Shown here: one piece after another, positions 26,044-32,000 of the stretch
How the letters are laid out: each line of letters opens with the position of its first letter
Position numbering within the stretch: the stretch's first letter is position 1
Assembly: GCA_016840485.1 (NCBI GenBank)
Contig: JAEOSG010000002.1
Coordinates: forward strand, 50,368-82,367
From: Candidatus Baldrarchaeota archaeon
GTDB lineage: Archaea > Asgardarchaeota > Baldrarchaeia > Baldrarchaeales > DXJG01
Direction: 5' to 3'
Length of the DNA stretch: 32,000 bases
Notes under the pieces: generated by a model
What the model saw: the letters and a program-made list of their open reading frames with translations, nothing else
Databases searched by the model: none
Told to the model about the DNA's origin: nothing
Position numbers and translations under genes: made by a program

Positions 26044-27204
26044 ATGGTAGACTTTAGTTTTACTCCTGAGCAGGAAGCCTTAAGGGAACTTGCACGTAAA
26101 TTTGCCGAAGAGGAAGTAGAACCGAAAGTAAAATGGATGGATGAAAAAGATGAAGTTCCAATGGATTTGATAAAAAGAATGGGAGAACTTGGTTTTATGT
26201 CAGTGCTTATACCTCGAAAGTACGCTGAAGACGTCCCTCATGCTGGCATGGGCCATGTTGCAAGAACAATAATATTGGAAGAATTAGGAAGGGTTTCCCC
26301 TGCCTTATCCCAAGCTCTCCAAATATTTCACTTAGGTCACGCACCGATAATATATTTTGGAACAGAGGAACAGAAGGAAAGATGGCTGCCAGATTTAGCA
26401 ACCGGTAAGAAACTATCCACTCTTGCGATGACTGAGCCTTGGGGTGGTTCCGATCCAATTGGCTCCATAAAGATGACAGCTAAACGTGAGGGGGATGAAT
26501 ACGTTTTAAATGGGGTAAAGGTTTGGATAACAAATGCTCATATTGCCGATGTTATAGGGGTTGTGGCAAGAACAGGTGAGGGGCCCAAAGGATTTTCAGT
26601 TTTCATAGTGGAGAAAGGTATGAAGGGCTTCAAGCATGGTGCCATTAACAAGGGAATAGGACTTAGAGGGTGTAATGTCGGCGGGATAGTTCTCAAAGAT
26701 TGCAGAGTTCCCGTAGAAAATAGAATCGGGGAAGAAGGAGAAGGGTTAAAAATAGCTTTACATGCAGTCAGCAATGTCGGAAGGCCCGGTGTAGCGGCAA
26801 CAGCATTAGGCATTGTACGCAGATGTCTTGAAGAAGCTGCTAAGTACTCTAAACAGCGAGTACTGTACGGTAAACCTATAGCCGAACTTCAGGCTATTCA
26901 ATGGCATTTAACCGATATTTACATGGATTATCAAATTAGTCGACTTCTACTATACTATTCAGCATGGCTTAGAGATATGGGTAAGAGGGCCGATGCTGAA
27001 AATGCTATGGGAAAATTCTGGGCCACTGAATCGGCGGTTAGATGTGCAAGAAAACTCGTAGATATTTACGGTGCTTGGGGGAACGCTGTAGACAAAATAC
27101 CGCAGCGGCTTCTAAGAGATGCTATTCCACTTATAGCAGCGGCAGGAACTAATGAGATAATGCGACTAGTAATGGTTAGAAAAATATTGAAAGAATTAAC
27201 TTGA
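26044..27204 (+). CDS. Acyl-CoA dehydrogenase
   Basis: It shows FSFTPEQEALRELARKFAEEEV, MTEPWGGSDP and a C-terminal GTNEIMRLV motif. The size fits the ACAD family. Confidence 0.9.
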   Translation: MVDFSFTPEQEALRELARKFAEEEVEPKVKWMDEKDEVPMDLIKRMGELGFMSVLIPRKYAEDVPHAGMGHVARTIILEELGRVSPALSQALQIFHLGHAPIIYFGTEEQKERWLPDLATGKKLSTLAMTEPWGGSDPIGSIKMTAKREGDEYVLNGVKVWITNAHIADVIGVVARTGEGPKGFSVFIVEKGMKGFKHGAINKGIGLRGCNVGGIVLKDCRVPVENRIGEEGEGLKIALHAVSNVGRPGVAATALGIVRRCLEEAAKYSKQRVLYGKPIAELQAIQWHLTDIYMDYQISRLLLYYSAWLRDMGKRADAENAMGKFWATESAVRCARKLVDIYGAWGNAVDKIPQRLLRDAIPLIAAAGTNEIMRLVMVRKILKELT

Positions 27205-27243
27205 CTTCCATAAAACTAATCTTTTTTATTCGGTGAAATCGTT

Positions 27244-28911
27244 TTAAAATACTGTTGGAGCTTTGTATTCTCCGAAAACGTCTCTTAAGACATCGCAGAT
27301 TTCTCCGATTGTTGCATAAGATTTAACAGCATCTATAGTGATTGGTAGTATGTTCTCATCGCTCTCGGCAATTTCCCTCATTTTTTGAAGAACCTTCTTA
27401 ACCTTACTGTTATCTCTAGTGGCCTTCAATTTTCTAACGTGTTCTATCTGTTTTCTCTCAACTTCGGGATTAACTTTAAGAATTTCGTAGGAAATCTCTT
27501 CTTCTACAACGTACTTATTAACTCCAACAACACAACGATCTCCGGTTTCTATTTCTTTCTGATTTCTGTAAGCGTTATCAGCAATTTCTCTTTGAATATA
27601 TCCAGATTTAATTGCAGCAACAGCGCCTCCCATCTTTTCTATTTTCTCTATATATCTTAGAGCTCTGTCCTCGATTTCATTTGTTAGCCATTCAACGTAA
27701 TATGAGCCGCCAAGAGGATCCACTGTATTTGTAACACCAGTTTCCTCAGCAATAATTTGCTGGGTACGTAACGCTATACGAACTGCTTTTTCAGTTGGTA
27801 AACAAAGAGCTTCATCGTAGGAATTTGTGTGAAGAGATTGAGCACCACCAAGAACAGCGGCCAAAGCTTGAATAGCAACTCTAACAATATTTATCTCCGA
27901 TTGTTGAGCGGTTAAAGTAGATCCACAGGTCTGTACATGAAATCTAAGACGCATGGATCGGGGATTCTTTGCATCAAACTTCTCCCTCATTATCCGTGTC
28001 CATAATCTTCTAGCAGCTCTAAATTTTGCTATCTCCTCAAAAAAGTCGTTATGCACTCCAAAGAAAAAGGAAATCCTAGGAGCAAACTCGTCAACATCAA
28101 GACCTCTATTAATAGCCGCTCTGACATATTCTATTGCATTAGCAAAAGTAAAAGCAACTTCCTGAACAGCGTTGCATCCCGCTTCACGCATATGATATCC
28201 ACTCACGCTAATAAAATTCCATCTAGGCATATTTTTACAACTATACTCAATAATATCCACAACCAATCTCATAGAAGGCTCAGGAGGAAAAATATACTGC
28301 CCCCTCGCAACATATTCTTTCAAAATATCGTTCTGCACTGTACCGCTTAAATCCTTTAAAGAAACTCCCTGCATTTGACCTACCGCAATGTACATCGCTT
28401 GAAGAATATGTGCCGTGGCATTAATAGTCATAGAAGTAGATACTTTCTCCAAGGGAATACCGTCAAAAAGCCGTTCCATATCTTTAAGTGTTGGTACAGA
28501 GACCCCGACACGCCCAACCTCACCTATTGCCAAAGGATGGTCAGGATCGATTCCCATCTGCGTAGGGAGATCAAACGCCACACTCAAACCGGTTTGTCCT
28601 AATTCAAGAAGATACTTAAATCGCCTATTCGTCTCCTCAGCAGTTCCGTAGCCAGCATATTGTCGCATAGTCCAAAGACGACCCCTATACATATTATAAT
28701 ATACGCCCCGAGTATATGGGGGGGTTCCAGGGAAACCAAGATCCCTAAGATAGTCAAAACCCTCTAGATCAAGGGGAGTATACAGTCGTTTCACAGGGAT
28801 ACCCGAGGAAGTCGTAAAATTCTGCCTTCTCTCGCCGAAACGAGAAGCATCACGATCCCACTTATTCTTCTCCTTCCTTAATAACTTCATATATTTCTTA
28901 TCAAAGCTCAT
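27244..28911 (-). CDS. mcmA: Methylmalonyl-CoA mutase, large (catalytic) subunit
   Basis: It shows [42 protein letters not shown] and NDILKEY. The length of about 555 aa fits a split archaeal mutase that lacks the B12 domain. Confidence 0.9.
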   Translation of the reverse strand: MSFDKKYMKLLRKEKNKWDRDASRFGERRQNFTTSSGIPVKRLYTPLDLEGFDYLRDLGFPGTPPYTRGVYYNMYRGRLWTMRQYAGYGTAEETNRRFKYLLELGQTGLSVAFDLPTQMGIDPDHPLAIGEVGRVGVSVPTLKDMERLFDGIPLEKVSTSMTINATAHILQAMYIAVGQMQGVSLKDLSGTVQNDILKEYVARGQYIFPPEPSMRLVVDIIEYSCKNMPRWNFISVSGYHMREAGCNAVQEVAFTFANAIEYVRAAINRGLDVDEFAPRISFFFGVHNDFFEEIAKFRAARRLWTRIMREKFDAKNPRSMRLRFHVQTCGSTLTAQQSEINIVRVAIQALAAVLGGAQSLHTNSYDEALCLPTEKAVRIALRTQQIIAEETGVTNTVDPLGGSYYVEWLTNEIEDRALRYIEKIEKMGGAVAAIKSGYIQREIADNAYRNQKEIETGDRCVVGVNKYVVEEEISYEILKVNPEVERKQIEHVRKLKATRDNSKVKKVLQKMREIAESDENILPITIDAVKSYATIGEICDVLRDVFGEYKAPTVF

Positions 28912-29099
28912 AACAAACACCAAATCGATTGCTGCTGATAACCTCAACGAACATCCCTTATACTAACACACTTATCAAAACACCCCAAATTAAAATTATG
29001 TCACTCTGATAAACAAATAGAACCAAGCTAATAAACAAACTTGATGGGACGTAGCAAAATCGTATCTTTAAGCAAAACAAAATGTATAATGAAGTAGAG

Positions 29100-29203
29100 T
29101 GGAGCCGCCGGCGGGATTTGAACCCGCGACCCCGTCCTTACCAAGGACGTGCTTTGGCCCGTTTTTATTTCTGCTTTGTCTGACCAGGCTGAGCTACGGC
29201 GGC
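29100..29203 (-). tRNA. tRNA-Thr(GGT) with one D-arm intron (29153-29178). CCA is encoded.
   Basis: The minus strand reads GCCGCCG-UA-GCUC-AGCCUGGUCA-GA[26 nt]GC-A-CGUCC-UUGGUAA-GGACG-GGGUC-GCGGG-UUCAAAU-CCCGC-CGGCGGC-U-CCA. Confidence 0.8.
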
Positions 29204-29205
29204 AT

Positions 29206-29345
29206 CTTTTGTTTTGGTTTTGTTATATCTTGTTATTTGACATCATGGGTTTTTTGATCGTGTTGTTTGTTTTATTTTTGTTTTTTATATTTTTGTTTGT
29301 TTGGTTTTATTTGTTTTTTGGTTTGTTTGTTGAGTTGTCTTTTTT
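29206..29345 (+). repeat. T/G-rich low-complexity tract adjacent to tRNA-Thr(GGT), on the 5' side of that minus-strand gene
   Basis: It consists of (T3-6 G1-2)n-like sequence, e.g. TTTTTTGATCGTGTTGTTTGTTTTATTTTTG, almost free of A and C for about 140 nt. Confidence 0.6.
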
Positions 29346-29417
29346 GTAACAAGGTTTTACTGTTGTTATAGTAGGTCTTATAAGTAAATTGGTGATATTG
29401 TTAGTTGATGGTGGGTT

Positions 29418-30182
29418 ATGATGATTACTGATACCGTCTGGATGTTTATTTCTTATCTGTTGGGTTTAGTTGATAGCTTATTTTTGTTATTTGACGGTGT
29501 TAGAGGGATAATTTCTGGTTTTCTAGGAGTTAATGTTACTGTTGAGGCTTGGTTTGCGTTTTGGTTGTTTGTTGCGTTAGCAGTTTCGACCTATGTTTTG
29601 TCTTCTAAGCGGGGGGTTGTTGAGCCGGCTACCGTTCCTGCTGAGGTTGGTCCTGATTCGATTATTACATTTAAGGCTGAGAAGGTTGCAGTAGAGTCGG
29701 CATTAGAATTTTTACAAGATGCTTTTAGGAAAGGTGAGATTTCGGAGCAGTTGTACGCTAGATTAAAGTCTTTCTATTCAGATAAGTTGGAGAGAGTCAA
29801 TGAAAGACTTGCTAGCTTAAGTAGAGTTGAAGAGTTTAGAGGTATCGAGTTCGAGCTTGAAGAAGCTAAGCGTGAGTTCCTAGAGAGGTTAAAGGCTCCG
29901 ACAATTACTGAGGAAGCTAAGGTTGAAGAGCCAGTTGTTAAAAAACCAATTGTCGGTAGGGAGGTCGTTCCCAAGCAAGTTCCTGAGCCAATCTCTAGAG
30001 AGGTTACGAGCCCTAGGATTGAAGAGCCCAAGGTTGAAGTTGTCAGGGAAACTAAGGTTGAAGTCAAGCCTACTTCTCCACCTCGGTCCCCACCGAAAGG
30101 GGAAACACTTGTTCAAGTATTAAGAGATGAAATGTTGAAGGAACTCCGCAGATTGAAGGAAATTATCGAAAAATCTAGTTAA
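29418..30182 (+). CDS. Hypothetical membrane-anchored coiled-coil protein with a P/E/V/K-rich tail
   Basis: It has two N-terminal hydrophobic helices, a heptad-like middle (LERVNERLASLSRVEEF) and PEVK-like repeats (EEPKVEVVRETKVEVKPTSPP). Confidence 0.55.
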   Translation: MMITDTVWMFISYLLGLVDSLFLLFDGVRGIISGFLGVNVTVEAWFAFWLFVALAVSTYVLSSKRGVVEPATVPAEVGPDSIITFKAEKVAVESALEFLQDAFRKGEISEQLYARLKSFYSDKLERVNERLASLSRVEEFRGIEFELEEAKREFLERLKAPTITEEAKVEEPVVKKPIVGREVVPKQVPEPISREVTSPRIEEPKVEVVRETKVEVKPTSPPRSPPKGETLVQVLRDEMLKELRRLKEIIEKSS

Positions 30183-30195
30183 CAACGGTTCAGAG

Positions 30196-30909
30196 ATGAG
30201 TGTTATGCCCGCTAGTTCTGAAAAAGAGGCTGCTAAGTTCAACGCCGCTGAAGCAGCTGTTAAGTTAGTGAAGGATGGGCATGTTATCGGAATTGGAAGT
30301 GGATCTACTGTTGAGTATTTTGTCAAATTACTAGGCAAGCGTATTAAGGACGAGGAGCTGGAGATCTATGGGGTTCCTTCCTCTTTTCAATCGTATTTTC
30401 TTGCGCTAAGTAACGGTATTCGTGTTGTTAGCTTGGACGAGTTTAATGTGCTTGATTTGGCGATTGATGGTGCTGATGAAGCGGATTCTAAGTTAAATTT
30501 AATCAAGGGTGGTGGGGGGGCTCTTACAAGAGAGAAAATTGTTGATTCTGCGGCAAAAAATTTTGTTGTGATTGTTGACTGGACTAAGAAGGTTTCTCAT
30601 CTTGGTGAAAGGTTTCCGGTTCCTGTAGAGGTCTTGCCCTTTGCATATGGTTACGTTTGCCGTAGATTGAGAGAGTTTGGTGGAGATCCGGTTCTTAGAG
30701 AAGCTAAGTCTAAGTTGGGCCCTATCATATCTGATAATGGTAATTTTATTGTCGATGTAAAATTTCAACGAATAGATGATGCTAAAAAGTTGGAAAAGGA
30801 AATAAACAATATCCCTGGTGTTATTGAAAACGGTATTTTTCCATCGAGTCTAGTTGATATGGTTTATGTGGGGTATAGTGATAAGGTCGAAGTGTTAAAA
30901 CGGAAATGA
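30196..30909 (+). CDS. rpiA: Ribose-5-phosphate isomerase A
   Basis: It shows GIGSGSTV, AIDGADE and KGGGGALTREK motifs. Confidence 0.9.
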   Translation: MSVMPASSEKEAAKFNAAEAAVKLVKDGHVIGIGSGSTVEYFVKLLGKRIKDEELEIYGVPSSFQSYFLALSNGIRVVSLDEFNVLDLAIDGADEADSKLNLIKGGGGALTREKIVDSAAKNFVVIVDWTKKVSHLGERFPVPVEVLPFAYGYVCRRLREFGGDPVLREAKSKLGPIISDNGNFIVDVKFQRIDDAKKLEKEINNIPGVIENGIFPSSLVDMVYVGYSDKVEVLKRK

Positions 30910-30913
30910 GTTT

Positions 30914-32000
30914 TTATTCAGCGTATATTCTTCTTCCAAGTTTTAGAGCTTCTTCAAGTATTTTCCCATAGTTGCTGGTTTTTCTAATTTTTACTTCTCC
31001 ACGTTTTCCAGCTCTTACTGTGAATAGTAAGTCTTCGTCGGCATAGAAGTTTACTAGCTTTCTTGCTAATGCTGGTGGGACAAATAAAATATAATGTTTC
31101 CGAGTTGTCTCTATTTCTACAGGAATCTTCTCCCTTTTAGTAACTTCTCTTTTTCTTCTTTTTTCTCCCTTCACTTCCTTTACTGGCGCAACAACTACTT
31201 GTTCTCCAAAAACGTATATTTCGTACTCTAGTTCTCCTCTTTCAAAATCTCTGACTTCAATAACTGGTCGTGCCAAGTCTCTTTCGGTCATACCAGTTGG
31301 TACCTTCACTGTAAGATTGAGGGAGTACACTTTTTCTATTTCTCCCCCTTTAATGAAAATTACTGTATCTACAACTCTGCTGATTAAACCTAGGTCTACT
31401 CTTCCAATGAAACGCTGTATTGCATCTATTGCTTGTGTAGCATGAACAACACCTATCATACCTACTCCAGCGAATCTTAGATCTGCGAAAATTTTGAAAT
31501 CTCTGGTTTTCCTCAGTTCGTCAAAAATACAGTAATCGGGTCTTACAAGTAGCAATACGTCAGCTGTTCTTTCTAAACTGCCTCTTAAAGCAGTATATTG
31601 TGTTATATCTGGGCCAACTTGTAAATCTCTTGGTTTTTCTATGGTTTTTACTATTTTGTTCATACTGCTATAAAATTCGGCGAGTGCTGATGCAAAAGTG
31701 CTTTTCCCTGCACCAGGTGGACCTGCTATTAGTATGCCCTCTGCTCTTTCTCTTAATCGTTTTAAAAGTTTATCTGAAACATTATAATCGTTTATTGTCA
31801 TCTTCACGAGAGGTCTTACGGCTGTTATTTCCATTCCGTCTGAGAAGGGCGGCCTCGCGATAGCAATTCTATAGTCCCTCATTTGTATGACCGTGGCTCC
31901 AGGCTCGTCTATTTCTATAAAAGAGTCTTTTTCGCTTCTTGTTCTTTCTATTATGTCCATGGCAATACTTTGCAATTCTTCAAGAGTCATAGGTTCTTCC
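30914..32000 (-). CDS. P-loop ATPase of the PIN/PilT-N plus KH type (PhoH-like core). The N-terminal part probably lies beyond the window.
   Basis: It has a GILIAGPPGAGKSTFASALAEFY Walker A motif. The reading frame stays open upstream of the ATG at 31990 up to the window edge. Confidence 0.6.
   Translation of the reverse strand, partial: EEPMTLEELQSIAMDIIERTRSEKDSFIEIDEPGATVIQMRDYRIAIARPPFSDGMEITAVRPLVKMTINDYNVSDKLLKRLRERAEGILIAGPPGAGKSTFASALAEFYSSMNKIVKTIEKPRDLQVGPDITQYTALRGSLERTADVLLLVRPDYCIFDELRKTRDFKIFADLRFAGVGMIGVVHATQAIDAIQRFIGRVDLGLISRVVDTVIFIKGGEIEKVYSLNLTVKVPTGMTERDLARPVIEVRDFERGELEYEIYVFGEQVVVAPVKEVKGEKRRKREVTKREKIPVEIETTRKHYILFVPPALARKLVNFYADEDLLFTVRAGKRGEVKIRKTSNYGKILEEALKLGRRIYAE

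Noticed and set aside
29149-29349. 66-aa plus-strand ORF (…LLFWFCYILLFDIMGFLIVLFVLFLFFIF…)
   Set aside because: It overlaps the tRNA-Thr(GGT) gene and otherwise translates the T/G-rich tract into Phe/Leu/Val. It has no RBS and is a low-complexity artefact. The same applies to an unlisted hydrophobic ORF of about 50 aa at about 18239-18390, and to the 25275-25364 N-terminal extension of the epimerase ORF.
1-32000. CRISPR arrays, IS elements or transposases, toxin-antitoxin pairs
   Set aside because: No regularly spaced direct repeats, terminal inverted repeats with a transposase ORF, or small paired ORFs of recognisable TA families were seen on either strand.

Overview
This is an AT-rich archaeal chromosome segment. 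Protein genes and spacers are AT-rich while stable RNA genes are GC-rich, which suggests a hyperthermophile. Archaeal DnaG, Pelota, a family-B polymerase and tRNAs with multiple introns suggest a TACK/Crenarchaeota-like organism. All calls were made by eye, without alignment or folding tools.

Positions 1-15043 carry housekeeping genes: a PP-loop tRNA thiolase (partial), M50 site-2 protease, nucleotidyltransferase, radical-SAM protein, Pelota, GNAT acetyltransferase, PolB, DHH RecJ/Cdc45-like protein, DnaG, small Toprim protein, Trm5-like methyltransferase, archaeal PPAT and an MBL hydrolase. An unassigned GC-rich RNA of about 220 nt also lies here.

Positions 15044-16650 are a non-coding AT-rich spacer holding three RNA genes: a 5S rRNA, tRNA-Trp and tRNA-Met. 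It is followed by pgk and tRNA-Thr(TGT).

Positions 18296-24172 hold a minus-strand operon of orphan, mostly membrane or secreted proteins, with a small AbrB-like gene upstream. I recognise no family for any of the operon proteins.

Next come tRNA-Pro and tRNA-Leu, then a methylmalonyl-CoA cluster (epimerase, acyl-CoA dehydrogenase, mutase large subunit), tRNA-Thr(GGT), a membrane coiled-coil protein, rpiA and a partial PIN/KH-type ATPase.

Main findings:
1. The 5S rRNA gene is circularly permuted (3' half, UUCG, 5' half). It sits inside a bulge-helix-bulge (BHB) motif whose predicted cleavage and ligation would restore the canonical 5S sequence as a 125-nt circle.
2. All six tRNA genes carry introns, about 12 in total and mostly at non-canonical positions. 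The tRNA-Trp intron has guide complementarity aimed at positions 34 and 39.
3. The first gene of the orphan operon is split twice by +1 frame breaks, each at an A6 tract.
4. Strong local G+T versus A+C strand-composition switches coincide with tRNA genes and reshape synonymous codon usage.
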